In this document: positions 1-10,243 of the stretch, in pieces
Position numbering within the stretch: the first letter of the stretch is position 1
Layout of the letters: every line of letters begins with the position of its first letter
Source of the DNA: Vulcanimicrobiota bacterium
GTDB taxonomy: Bacteria; Vulcanimicrobiota; Vulcanimicrobiia; Vulcanimicrobiales; Vulcanimicrobiaceae
Direction of reading: 5' to 3'
Length of the DNA: 64,000 bases
NCBI GenBank assembly: GCA_963754415.1
Contig: CAVWGA010000001.1
Span: 290,494 to 354,493 of the forward strand
The notes under the pieces: model-generated
Told to the model about the DNA's origin: nothing
The model's input: only the letters and a program-made list of their open reading frames with translations
The model's database searches: none
Program-made: the position numbers and the translations under genes

Positions 1-2
1 AA

Positions 3-281
3 GGGCTGGCGTACGATCCGCGCAGCGGGCCGACGTACTTTTACAGCCTGTTCAAAACGGTCGACGGTCAGATGCGCGCCTACGTGCGCCCGGGAGGTCC
101 CGCGTACGCCGCGGGGATGCGAACGAACGACATCGTCGAGAAACTCGACGGCAAGTATTGGTGGGAGTACGGAACGTTCCAAAGCGAGGCACGTGCCTAC
201 GACGGCCTACCGCACACCTTCGAGATACAGCGCGGCAAGACCGCACTGAGCATCACGCTCGGCGCACCGTTCGATGGTTGA
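3..281 (+). CDS. C-terminal fragment of a PDZ-domain protein (5' end lies outside the window)
   Basis: Frame 3 is open from the window edge to the stop at 279-281. The translation ...GGPAYAAGMRTNDIVEKLDGKYWW...HTFEIQRGKTALSITLG looks like a PDZ domain. Family-level guess only. Confidence 0.45.
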   Translation, partial: GLAYDPRSGPTYFYSLFKTVDGQMRAYVRPGGPAYAAGMRTNDIVEKLDGKYWWEYGTFQSEARAYDGLPHTFEIQRGKTALSITLGAPFDG

Positions 282-2523
282 AATGCGGCCGGCATCCTTG
301 CCGGCACTGCGCGTCGGCATCGACGTCGGCGGCACGTTTACCGACGTCGTTGCCGTCGAAGCGGGGACGCGCAGGATCGTGGCTCGCGTGAAAGTGCCGA
401 CGACACATGCGTCGGCCGGCGGCGTTGCTGACGGCATCATCGACGGTTTGCGGCGTGCGCTCGCGCTGCCCGGCGTCGCGGCCGACCGCATCGCGTTCAT
501 CGCGCATTCGACGACGCAAGCGACGAACGCGTTGTTGGAAGGCGACGTCGCGCCCGTTGGAATCGTCGGATTGCATGGGCCTTTCGGTTGGCTCGAACGG
601 CGGCACCTGCGCGTGCCGCCGATTCGCTTGGGACCGAGCGCGATGCTTTCGCCGCGAATTGCATTCGCGCGCGCCGATGACGAGCAGGCGCTGCGCCGTG
701 CGGTCGAAGTACTGCTCGCGGGGGGAGCGCAAGCGATCGTTGCGAGCGAAGCGTTCGCGTCGATAAGCCGGCACGCGAAGCGCAGGCCGTCGCGTACGCG
801 CGTCAATGCGGCAGTGCCGCGACGGCCGGCCACGAAGTCGCGACGACCTACGGATTGCGCGCGCGCACGCGAACCGCGGTCATCAACGCTGCGATCCTGC
901 CGCGCATGCAGCGCACCTCGCAGTCGACCGCGGGCGCCGTCGCGGCGGCGGGCATCGGCGCTCCACTGATGATCATGCGCAGCGACGGAGGCGTGATGGA
1001 CGTTCAAGAGGTCGCGCGCCGTCCGATCCTTACGATGCTCTCAGGCCCGGCGGCCGGCATCGCGGGCGCTCTGCTGCATGAGAACGTGACGGACGGCATC
1101 TTCATCGAAGTCGGCGGAACGAGCGCGGACTGTTCGGTCATTCGGCGTGGACAGCCGCAGATGCGGCCCGCGCGTGTCGGCGGCCACCGCACGATGTTGC
1201 GCACGCTCGACGTGCGCACGCTCGCGATCGCGGGCGGAAGCCTGGCGCGATGTTCGCGTGGAGAGCGCGGTCTTGCGGCGTTGCGCGACGTCGGTCCGCG
1301 TTCGGCGCACATCGCCGGTCTCGGGTACGCCTGCTTCACGCCGAGCGACGCGCTCGCATCCGCTCGCGTAACGTACCTAGCGCCGCAACACGGCGATCCT
1401 GACGACTACGTCGCGTTGCAACTGACCGACGGTAGACGGATCGCGGTCACGCCGACGTGTGCCGCCAATCTGCTCGGCTACGTTCCGCCCGACGATTTCG
1501 CACGGGGAAGTCAGACGAGCGCGCGCCTCGCTTTTACGCTGATCGGGATGGAGCTTCGGCGTCGACGGCGCATGTCTCGCGCGCGAGTTACTCGAACGCG
1601 CTGCCGCCAAAGTGCGCGCTGCGGTCGACGAATTGATGGCGGACTACGAATTATCGCGTGACGACGCAGAACTCGTTGGCGGCGGCGGCGGCGCGGCGGC
1701 ACTCGTTCCGTTCACGGCCGAGCGCATCGGCTTGCGGCATCGTTTGGCGCGCGATGCGGAGGTGATCTCGCCACTCGGCGTCGCGCTGGCCCTCGTGCGC
1801 GACGTCGTCGAACGGACGATCGTCAGTCCGACACCGGACGATATCGTCCGGGTACGGCGCGAGGCCTTCGAACGCGTCGTAGCCGCCGGTGCTGCGCCCG
1901 AGCTCGTCGAAACGACGGTCGAGATCGACGCGCGGCGTAACCTCGTGCGGGCGACGGCGTCCGGCGCTACCGCCGCCGCCGGTTCTTCCGCAACGGAAAA
2001 CGCCGGCGCCGACGAGCGCGTATCGATCGCGGCTCGTTTTTTACGCGTCGCGCCGGCGAACGTGGCCGAGGTCGCACGCGCCGGCGGACTGACGTTCTAC
2101 CGTGCCATCGAGACCCGTCACCCTCGTGCGCGTGCCCCGGCTGCATGCGCCGTCGATTCCCGCGGCATCGTAAGACTGACCGTTGGATGCGCACATCTGT
2201 ACGCGACGACGGTGGCGGGTTGCGAACGCGCGTTACAAGACGTTCTCGAAGAGCTGACCACCTTCGGCGACGTCGGACGCGCCCTTCCGAACGTCCACTT
2301 GGCCTACGAAGGCCGCCTCATCGATCTCAGTACGCTCGCGCAACCCGTTCAGGTACTAGCGCTGGCGCAAGAAGAGTTGCGCGGCTTGGCAGCCGAGTCC
2401 CCGTCGTCATCGTTGCCGCGCGCCGGCAGTCGTGACGGCAGCCTCGTCGCCCGTCGGGCGCCCCGAACGCTAGGCTGCGGTCGCCCGGGACGCGCGCTTG
2501 CGCCGCGATGGGACGATCGCTAG
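274..2523 (+). pseudogene. Hydantoinase/oxoprolinase-family (HyuA-like) gene, interrupted by at least 2 frameshifts as sequenced
   Basis: N-terminus LRVGIDVGGTFTDVV is typical of the family. Homologous sequence runs 274 to ~760, then shifts frame for ~760 to ~1553 (TAVINAAILPRM, MIMRSDGG, LSGPAAG), then shifts again from ~1553 (ELVGGGGGAAALVP). The 3' end is uncertain: an alternative stop lies at 2433-2435 in another frame, and the tail overlaps the convergent gene. Confidence 0.75.
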
Positions 2524-3328
2524 CGCGAACCGCGCCGCATTGGGCAACAGCGACGGCTTGATGCAGATTGGTCGGCATTGCCCGCATGTAGTGTTCGTGT
2601 CCGGCGACGCACGACGCCAGAAACGATCGCCACGTCACGTCTTCGAAGAGTGAAAACGCGCCTTCGGCTCCGAAACCGACGCCTTGCATGCGCTTCTTCT
2701 CTTCACCGCGCGGCGTGAACGTCGTAACGATCTGCTTGAGCGCGCGGGCGTATCCGAGCACCGTCGCAGCGCCTTGCAGCGGGCGCCAGCCACGACCGCG
2801 CCGTATGCGCTCGTACGCGATCCAGTTAACGAAGAACGTTACGTGCCGCGCTTCTTCGAGCAGGACGATTTCAAAAATATCGGTCAATTCGGGCACGAAC
2901 AGTTGGATCTGTTTGGCCAGGCCAAAGATGCCGAAGCCGAAGAAGGAGTCGATGCACTCTTCGTAGCCGAAATCGATGAAGCGCCGCTTCGTTGCGGGGG
3001 CCCGCGGCACGGACTTTTCGGGGACCTCGATAGTGTACCGCTTGAGCATTTCCGCCAGCAGATTCGCGTGGCGTGTCTCCTCGACGCCTTGTAGCGCCAG
3101 TGCGCGCTTGATCAGCGGATCGTCGACCTTGGCGGCGTAGGCCGTGACCATGTAGCCGGCGTTGCGTTCGGCCGCGAGGGCGACGCTCCAAAAGGGAATG
3201 GAACGGAGGCGGTCTATCGACCGCTCATCGAGCTTGGGCCAGGGAAGCTCCGCTGGTTCGAACGGCCGGTGCGTATCGAGGAATGTTTGGCAGAAAAGCG
3301 TTTTGTGGGTTTGCGAGCCGTCGATCAT
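2327..3328 (-). CDS. Ferritin-like diiron-carboxylate protein (AurF/desaturase-like oxygenase)
   Basis: Two EExxH motifs (VEETRHANLL and LLEEARHVTFF) spaced as in diiron oxygenases. Start taken at MIDGSQTH (ATG 3326-3328) inside ORF 2327-3454. The last ~60 codons overlap the hydantoinase tail, so the stop is uncertain. Confidence 0.55.
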   Translation of the reverse strand: MIDGSQTHKTLFCQTFLDTHRPFEPAELPWPKLDERSIDRLRSIPFWSVALAAERNAGYMVTAYAAKVDDPLIKRALALQGVEETRHANLLAEMLKRYTIEVPEKSVPRAPATKRRFIDFGYEECIDSFFGFGIFGLAKQIQLFVPELTDIFEIVLLEEARHVTFFVNWIAYERIRRGRGWRPLQGAATVLGYARALKQIVTTFTPRGEEKKRMQGVGFGAEGAFSLFEDVTWRSFLASCVAGHEHYMRAMPTNLHQAVAVAQCGAVRASDRPIAAQARVPGDRSLAFGAPDGRRGCRHDCRRAATMTTGTRLPSRATLLAPALVPERVARAY

Positions 3329-4876
3329 GCTGCTCCATCTCAGAAGGTAACCGGTAAATCCTTTAGTATCGATGCGGCGACCGCGCTGACCGCCGTGTTG
3401 GGCGTCGCCACGTTCGTGTTCCATCTCGCCAACGCCGGTAAATACGGCTACCAACGGGACGAACTATACTTCATCAGTTGCGCGCACCACCTCGCGTGGG
3501 GCTACGTCGATCAACCCCCGCTGATCGCCGTCGTCGCCAAGATCGTGCTCGCCGTCTTCGGCGACTCTCTCTACGCTCTGCGTGTCTTACCCGCATTGGC
3601 TGCGGCGTTCACGGTCGTCTTGGCCGGGCTGTTGGCCCGGCGTCTCGGTGCCGGTGCGGTTGCGATGGGCGTCGCGATGCTTGGCCTCGCTCTCGCGCCG
3701 TTTTATCTCGCCGTGGGCGATCTGCTGACCATGAACGCTTTTGAGCCGCTCCTTTGGCTCGGAACGGCGTATCTGTTCATGCGCGCCGACGAAGAGAACG
3801 CGTGGCATCTCTGGCTGGGGCTCGGCGCCGTTGCCGGCCTCGGGCTGATAAACAAGTATTCGATGTTCTTCTTCCTCGGCGCGAGCATCGTCGGCATGGC
3901 GGCCACGCCGGCGCGGCGTTCGCTGCGCCGGCCGGGCATGTTCGTCGCCGCTGCGCTCGCCCTTGGGATCGTCGCGCCGACTCTCGTCTGGCAGGCGCAG
4001 CATCAATGGCCGCAATTGCAACTGCTGCACGATGCCGCGGCGCGCAAAAACGTCGAAGCCGGCGCACTGCAATTTTACGCGCAACAATTCTTGATGATGA
4101 ACCCGCTGACCGCGCCGCTGTGGGTCGGGGGCCTCGTCTGGCTGCTATTCGCTGCCGGGGCCGTACGGCTGCGCTGGTATGGGATCGCGGCGGTCGTCTT
4201 GTCACTCGTGTACGTCGCCTTAGGCGCCAAAGTTTATTATCTCGCCCCGATCTACCCGGCGCTGTTTGCGGCCGGCGCACCGGCTATCGCACGCTGGCTC
4301 GGCACCATGCGCGCGCTGCGCGTCGCCTATCCCGTGCTGCTGTTGATCACGGGGCTTGCGATCGCGCCCGAGGCCTTCCCACTGCTGCCGCTCGGCACGT
4401 TTCTCCAGTACCAGCGTGTCTTCGACGTGCGCGGCATTCGCATGGAGCGGCATCCTGAAGGTGAGGTACCTCAGCAATTTGCCGATCAACTCGGCTGGAA
4501 CACGCTGGTGGCGACTCTGGCGCGGGCCTACGGCCATCTAACGTCTGCGCAGCGCCGCACGGCCGTGATCTTGACCCACGATTACGGGCAGGCCTCGGCC
4601 GTCGACTTCCTCGGTCCCCGCTACGGTCTGCCGCGTGCGATCAGCGGCCACAACAACTACTATCTCTGGGGACCTGGCGACGCATCGGGCAAAGCTGTCC
4701 TGTCCATCGGCGTAGCGAAAACCAAGCTGGAAAGCGAGTTCGGCCGGATCGTCCAAGTCGGCTTCTACCACGATCCCTACGTGCTACCGGACTTCAATAA
4801 CCTGCCGATCTACCTATGTACGCACCCCCGCGGACCACTAGCAGTCTGGTGGCCCGCGATAGAACGCTATATCTAG
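3305..4876 (+). CDS. GT-C fold glycosyltransferase, family 39 (ArnT/PMT-like)
   Basis: Long polytopic membrane protein with the N-terminal loop GYQRDELYF...WGYVDQPPL typical of GT39 enzymes. Uninterrupted ORF 3269-4876. Start uncertain (GTG 3305, TTG 3311 or GTG 3395). The 5' end overlaps the divergent diiron gene. Confidence 0.8.
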   Translation: MGLRAVDHAAPSQKVTGKSFSIDAATALTAVLGVATFVFHLANAGKYGYQRDELYFISCAHHLAWGYVDQPPLIAVVAKIVLAVFGDSLYALRVLPALAAAFTVVLAGLLARRLGAGAVAMGVAMLGLALAPFYLAVGDLLTMNAFEPLLWLGTAYLFMRADEENAWHLWLGLGAVAGLGLINKYSMFFFLGASIVGMAATPARRSLRRPGMFVAAALALGIVAPTLVWQAQHQWPQLQLLHDAAARKNVEAGALQFYAQQFLMMNPLTAPLWVGGLVWLLFAAGAVRLRWYGIAAVVLSLVYVALGAKVYYLAPIYPALFAAGAPAIARWLGTMRALRVAYPVLLLITGLAIAPEAFPLLPLGTFLQYQRVFDVRGIRMERHPEGEVPQQFADQLGWNTLVATLARAYGHLTSAQRRTAVILTHDYGQASAVDFLGPRYGLPRAISGHNNYYLWGPGDASGKAVLSIGVAKTKLESEFGRIVQVGFYHDPYVLPDFNNLPIYLCTHPRGPLAVWWPAIERYI

Positions 4877-5266
4877 CTACCACGCCTTCAGGCAGCGCAT
4901 TATACTGCGTGATCTTTCGGTCGGCCGTTACGAACGTGAACCCCTCGACTTGGCATTGTTCGATCATGACCCGGTCAAATAGGTCGGCATGGTGTGCCGG
5001 CAGGCTACGCACCGCAAGTGCATGATCGATAGTGACTGGGAGCTCAATGAAGCCCGTGTCGGCTATGCGCCGGCGGACGTATTGCGATAAGTCGCCTGGT
5101 ACATCCAACTTGCCAAGCCCTACTTTAATGGCGATCTCCCAAACCGACGCCGCGGATAGGAACACGTCATCATTGCCGCTTTCAATGGCAGCCAAGGCTT
5201 CTCGGCGCAGCTTTTTGGGTGAGATGAAATCCGCAGAAAAACATGCGTGTCGAGAAGCAGCTTCAC
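4794..5266 (-). pseudogene. vapC: PIN-domain toxin (VapC-like), one frameshift, no adjacent antitoxin
   Basis: GTG 5264-5266 opens VKLLLDTHVFL (PIN N-terminal motif). The frame breaks at the T5/G3 run 5212-5219 (minus-strand cacccaaaaagctg) and continues as KKLRREALAAIESGNDDVFLSAASVWEIAIKVGLGKL...FVTAD. The 3' end is uncertain and overlaps the GT39 stop. Confidence 0.7.
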
Positions 5267-5359
5267 TCGTGGAACGTGCGAAGCTTCGCGTGCTGACGCT
5301 ACTGAGCGGTCAGGCGGCTGACGGGGCGGCCGGCCCACTGTTGCGAACACAGGGCACGG

Positions 5360-6736
5360 GTGGAACGCTACGATGTGCTCGTGGTCGGCGGCGGCAATGC
5401 GGGGTGTGCGGCGGCGCTGGCGGCGGCGCGGCATGGCGCCCGTACGCTTGCTGGTCGAGCGCTACGGGTTTCTCGGAGGAACGGCGACGGCGGCGATGGT
5501 CGGACCTTGGATGACGTTTCATTCCGGAGCGGACCGCATCGTCGGCGGCATTGCGCAGGAGATCGTCGAGCGGCTCGTCGCCTGCGGCGGCTCGCCGGGC
5601 CACATCGCCGATTCTTCGGACTACGTTGCCGACGATCACGCCGTTCGATCCCGAAATGCATAAGGCGTTGCTCTTCGAGATGATGCGCGAAAGCGGCGTG
5701 CAGTTGCTGCTGCACGCGTACTTTCTCGACGCACTCATGCTCGGCGATTCTAGCGACGCCGGCGATGTTCGCGCGACCGGCGCCCGGCCTGGCGGAGATA
5801 GCGCAAACGCCTGCATCAAGATACGCACGCCTGAGACGGTGCGGGGTGTGCGCGTCGCGACCGTCGCGGGGTTGCGCGAATATCGAAGCCGAAATAACGA
5901 TCGACGCGTCGGCGGATGCGTACGTCGCGGCTTCGGCCGGTGTCGAAGTACAGCAGGGCGATGCGCGCGGACGAGTGCAGCCGGCCAGCTTGATGTTCCG
6001 CCTTTCGCACGTCGATCTGAGCGAAACGGCGCGCTACCTGCGCGCGAACGCGGACCAGATGCGCACGAGCTTGCCGCCCGAACGGCGCGACGCCGAGTCG
6101 TTGACGGCAGTTGCCGGATTGTACGCTTTATGGAATCGGCGCGCGCGAACGCGGCGACGTCGACGTTCCGCGCGAACTGGTGTCGTTCTTCATCTCGCCG
6201 TATCCCGACGAAGTGACGGTCAACATGACGCGCGTAACCGGCATCGACCCGCTCGATCCCGACGATCTGACCCGCGCCGAAATCGAAGCGCGCGCGCAAG
6301 TCATGGCGCTGCTGGCGTTTTTTCGGCGCGACGTTCCAGGTTTTGCGAACGCGCGCATCGCCGCCACCGGCACGCAGATCGGCATCCGGGAATCGCGCCG
6401 CATCGTCGGCATGTATACGCTGACGGCCGACGACGTGCTGCGCGGCCCGCGCCTTCGATGACGCGGTGGCGCGCAGCGCGTATCCGATCGACATCCACAA
6501 TCCCGCGGGCTCGGGCACGATCGACGCAGCGGCTGCCGCCGGGCGCGAGTTACGAGATACCGTACCGTTGTCTCGTGCCCGCGAACGTCGACGCGCTGCT
6601 CGTCGCGGGCCGCTGCATCTCGACGACGCACGAAGCGCTCGCTTCGACGCGCTTGACGCCGACGGTGATGACGCTCGGCCAAGCTGCCGGCACGGCAGCG
6701 GCGCAGTGCGTACGCTCCGCGCGTACAGCCGCGTAA
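5360..6736 (+). pseudogene. FAD-dependent oxidoreductase, about 6 frameshifts as sequenced
   Basis: Rossmann motif YDVLVVGGGNAGCAAALAAARHGA at the N-terminus. The C-terminus YRCLVPANVDALLVAGRCISTTHEALASTRLTPTVMTLGQAAGTAAA is typical of this family. Protein-like sequence hops frame near 5450, 5630, 5880, 6135, 6445 and 6525. Confidence 0.7.
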
Positions 6737-6811
6737 CGTCGATACCGACGCGTTGCGCGCCACGTTAGAAGCCGACGGCGTCGACTTGCGCCGCACCACC
6801 GCTACCAGCGC

Positions 6812-7132
6812 ATGAGCGAGCCGCGCATCGAAATTGTCGATCTCGGGACATGGGGCGCCGTCGAATTGCTCGCCGAGTACGATCCCGAAGACAATGCCAT
6901 CCGTGTGAACCGCAACGCCGTCGAGCGCCTGCGCGCGACGACCGGTGACGCGGAAGCCGCACGTTTCGTTGCCTGCGCCGTGGCGCACGAGCGCTACCAT
7001 CGCGCCCATCCGCATGCATCCGAGCCGGAAGCGCAGCGCCACGCTAGGGAGGTGAGCGGCTTCGATGCGCGGTGCCTTGCACGGATCACGCCGGCGTCGA
7101 ACGCCTCGTACGCGACCGGTTCATCATCCTGA
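6812..7132 (+). CDS. Small hypothetical protein with an HExxH motif
   Basis: 106-aa ORF between the oxidoreductase and kinase genes. Contains AVAHERYHRAH (H-E-x-x-H). No family recognised. Confidence 0.35.
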   Translation: MSEPRIEIVDLGTWGAVELLAEYDPEDNAIRVNRNAVERLRATTGDAEAARFVACAVAHERYHRAHPHASEPEAQRHAREVSGFDARCLARITPASNASYATGSSS

Positions 7133-7224
7133 AAAGGCGCAGCGTCGCGTCGCCTCTCAAGCGCGCGTGACTTTCTTGCCGCTGGAGTGAAAAACGCTGC
7201 GTTGCTTCGCACGTTCAAACGCGA

Positions 7225-8188
7225 GTGAGTTTTCTCGTCGCTGGGGTCGACGGTGGCCAGAGTTCGACGCGAGCCGCGCTCGCCGACGACAGCCGGCCGC
7301 GTTGTCGGCACTGGCCATGGCCCGCCGGCCGATCTGGTTGGAGAACGTCGCGATTCGGGCCGACAGCGCTCCGCGATTGCGACTGCACTTGCAGCGGCGG
7401 CCGCCGCTGCGGGATTGCGGGCCGATGCCGCGATCGCAGCCGTCGTTATCGGCTTGACGGGGCATGATGATGCGCCGGTGAACGTTTCCTACCTCGCGCC
7501 CTCCGCCGCTGTCGCAGCCGTCGTGCATGACTCGGTGATCGCGCACGCCGGAGCGCTTGGCGGTGAGGCCGGAATCACCGTTCTCGCGGGCACCGGCAGC
7601 GTTGCCGTCGGCAACGCGACGGCCGGCGGCCCGCTAGTGCGCACGGGCGGCTGGGGGTATTTCTTCGGCGACGAAGGCAGCGCGCTCGGGATCGCTCGCG
7701 ACGCGATTGCATCCGCTATGCGCGCTAGCGATCGCGGCGAGCTTTCACCGCTCGGCGCACTCGCACTCCAATTTTTCGCAATGCCCGACCTGCGTGCGAT
7801 CCAGCACGCATTCGCACACGGGGAGTTGTCGCGCGCGGCGCTCGCTTCTTTTGCCACCGAGGTGTTGGAGTCAGTCGAAGGCCAGTCCACGGCGTCGTCG
7901 CTGTCGCAGGCGGCCCGCGAAGTGCGGGGCCGCGCCGCCGCTGCATTAGCCGAACTTGCGGCTGTTCTCGACAGGCGCTTGCCAACCAAGCCATCGCGTC
8001 GTATTTCGTATACAGGCGGCGTTTTTCGCAACGACGGGATGCGCGCTTCGTTTCACCGAGCGGTTGAAAGCATCCTAAGTACTGCCGAAGTCTGCGAGCC
8101 ACGCGGAGATCCGCTCGACGGCGCGCTGTGCATGGCTGTGCGCCTGGCGCGTGGAGAACCGCTGGCGCACTTGGCCGACCGTGGCTGA
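7225..8188 (+). pseudogene. BadF/BadG/BcrA/BcrD-type ATPase (N-acetylglucosamine kinase-like), one frameshift near 7294
   Basis: GTG 7225 opens SFLVAGVDGGQSSTRAALAD (actin-fold phosphate-1 motif). After a break near 7294 it continues GRVVGTGHGPPA...ITVLAGTGSVA...GGWGYFFGDEGSA, which is typical of this kinase family. Confidence 0.7.
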
Positions 8189-8882
8189 CGCGGACCAGCG
8201 GCTCGAACGCTTGCGCGGCGGCTTGATCGTGTCCGTGCAGGCCGAAGCAGGTTCCGTGCTCGGGGAACCGGCGACGATCGCGCTACTGGCGCGGTGTGCC
8301 GTGCTCAACGGCGCCGTGGCCGTGCGGGTCGAGGGGGCTGCCGATATCGCAGCCGTGCGCGCCGCAGTCGACGTGCCGATCGTCGGCATCGTCAAACGTC
8401 ACCATGCCGGCTTCGAGCCCTACATCACGACGACATACGAAGAGATCGACGAGGTGACCCGTGCCGGTGCCGAGATCGTTGCTTTCGATGCGACCCGCCG
8501 GGCGCGCCGCGGCGGCCACGGCGTAGCCGCTTTGATCGAGCGGATTCGCGGGCACGGGCGCTTGGCGATGGCCGACTGTTCGGACGACGCGGACGGCGGG
8601 GACGCCGTCGCCGCAGCCGTTGACATCGTGGCGACGACGTTGGCCGGTTACACGCCAGCCACGCATGGACGCCCGCTGCCGGCGCTCGATCTCGTCGCCG
8701 CTCTCGCGCGCCGCCATCCTTTTGTGGTTTGCGAAGGCGGCATCGCCGATGCGCGGCAAGCCCAGGCCGCGTTCATGGCCGGGGCCAGTGCGATCGTCGT
8801 CGGGACGGCGATCACGAACATCGACGCGCTCGTGCGCCGCTTTGCGGCCGTCACGCCTCTAGGTCGTTCGAACCGTCCTTAA
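8181..8882 (+). CDS. nanE: N-acetylmannosamine-6-phosphate 2-epimerase
   Basis: LRGGLIVSVQA...PIVGIVKR...ADCS...ATTLAGYT...VCEGGI...AIVVGTAIT matches the NanE layout. GTG 8181 overlaps the kinase stop by 8 nt. Confidence 0.85.
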   Translation: MADADQRLERLRGGLIVSVQAEAGSVLGEPATIALLARCAVLNGAVAVRVEGAADIAAVRAAVDVPIVGIVKRHHAGFEPYITTTYEEIDEVTRAGAEIVAFDATRRARRGGHGVAALIERIRGHGRLAMADCSDDADGGDAVAAAVDIVATTLAGYTPATHGRPLPALDLVAALARRHPFVVCEGGIADARQAQAAFMAGASAIVVGTAITNIDALVRRFAAVTPLGRSNRP

Positions 8883-8960
8883 AGCGACTAACGCTTCGGA
8901 GATTCAACGGCGCGCTGCAATCGCGAGCCGGCCCGTATGGGGCGATCTTTTGGGAGTTCG

Positions 8961-8988
8961 GCCGGCCGACGTTTGCTTGTCGGCCGGC
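8961..8988 (+). terminator. GC-rich hairpin downstream of nanE (possible terminator)
   Basis: Perfect 10-bp stem gccggccgac / gtcggccggc with an 8-nt loop, about 80 nt after the nanE stop. Only a TT follows, so the T-tract is weak. Confidence 0.3.
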
Positions 8989-9147
8989 TTCCGGGATGCG
9001 TAGAGCCGCGCTCGACGTTTCGCGCCCGCGCGGCGTTTGGAGCCGGAAGGCAGCGCCTTCTAGCAAAAGTCAAAGACGGGAGGCTTGTGCTTTCGGTATA
9101 AGAAACGCAGGCGCTGCGTTGGTCGCGCGCGTTCAAAAGGAGCATCC

Positions 9148-10227
9148 TTGGCACAGTCTACGGCGCACCGCAAGGTAAGCCTGGGCCCTGGTTTTTGGCC
9201 GGTCACGATCGCTTTGACGATCGTCAACATTGCGATCACGTACGTGATCGTCGTCTTCCCGTTCCAAAACTACGTTCCCGAGCTGGGCGCGCCCGCCGGC
9301 GACATCGACACGCTCTTCCGCTTCATGAGCGTCATCGGTAACGCGATCTTCGTCTACGTGCTGGGCTACTTGATCTACTTTGCCATCGTCTGGCGGTACC
9401 GGCCAACCGACGGTCCGGACGCCATCGGGATCCAAATCCACGATGTCCCCAAACTCGAGTTCTGGTGGACCGTCGTCCCGAGCGTGATCGTTCTGGTGAT
9501 CGCCATTTTTTCCGTACGCATCTGGGCGAGCATGCAGAATCAACTCGGCGATGTCCTGACGATGGAAGCGATCGGACACCAGTTCAAGTTCGAGTTCCGC
9601 TATCCCAGGCTCAAAGATTCCGTCTACGACGAGATGCACGTGCCCGTCGATACGCCCGTGACCTTGCACGTGACGTCGGCTGACGTCATCCACTCATTCT
9701 GGTCGCCCGCGCTGCGCATCAAAGCCGACATGGTGCCTGGCCTCGTGCAAACCTTGCGGTTTACGCCCGAGCGCATCGGCAAATATTCGATCATCTGTAC
9801 GGAATTTTGCGGCACGCAGCACGCCAACATGGCCGCGGCTTTCTACGTCGACTCGCAGCAGGCGTTCAGCGCGTGGCTATCAGCGCAAGCAAAAGCCCAA
9901 GGCCACAGCAACGGTCCTATTGCGCTTTCGGGCGGTCAAGCGTCCGCCGGACAAGCGCTATTCGGTCAAAAATGTTCGAGCTGCCATAGCATCGGGCCGT
10001 TTAATCAAAAGATCGTCGGACCGGGGCTCGGGCATCTCTACGACGATCCATCCCATCCGGCGCTCGTGACCGGTGAACGCGTCAGTCCCGTCGCGATCTC
10101 GCACATCCTCGCGAACGGCTATCAGGGCCCGATCGGCGTGATGCCGAACCGCCAAGCCAACGCGCTGAGCAATACGGACATCGCGAATCTGGTTGCTTAC
10201 CTCACGAGCCTGAGCCGCAACAAGTGA
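9148..10227 (+). CDS. ctaC: Cytochrome c oxidase subunit II with fused C-terminal cytochrome c domain (caa3-type)
   Basis: CuA ligands HSFWSP...CTEFCGTQHANM. C-terminal heme-c motif CSSCH. AAAGGAG lies 7 nt upstream of TTG 9148. Confidence 0.9.
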   Translation: MAQSTAHRKVSLGPGFWPVTIALTIVNIAITYVIVVFPFQNYVPELGAPAGDIDTLFRFMSVIGNAIFVYVLGYLIYFAIVWRYRPTDGPDAIGIQIHDVPKLEFWWTVVPSVIVLVIAIFSVRIWASMQNQLGDVLTMEAIGHQFKFEFRYPRLKDSVYDEMHVPVDTPVTLHVTSADVIHSFWSPALRIKADMVPGLVQTLRFTPERIGKYSIICTEFCGTQHANMAAAFYVDSQQAFSAWLSAQAKAQGHSNGPIALSGGQASAGQALFGQKCSSCHSIGPFNQKIVGPGLGHLYDDPSHPALVTGERVSPVAISHILANGYQGPIGVMPNRQANALSNTDIANLVAYLTSLSRNK

Positions 10228-10243
10228 ACGAATTGGAGAACGT

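Noticed and set aside
5267-5359. Possible antitoxin remnant upstream of the PIN gene (a short stretch reading ...GRPVSRLTAQ resembles the Phd/VapB-type ...GRPVARL.. motif)
   Set aside because: The frame is closed by stops on both sides within about 20 codons and has no start codon. The similarity is too short to distinguish from chance.
5310-6518. 402-aa ORF on the minus strand
   Set aside because: It lies antisense to the FAD oxidoreductase. The translation is Arg/Ala/Pro-rich with no motif, which is the typical shadow ORF of a GC-rich gene.
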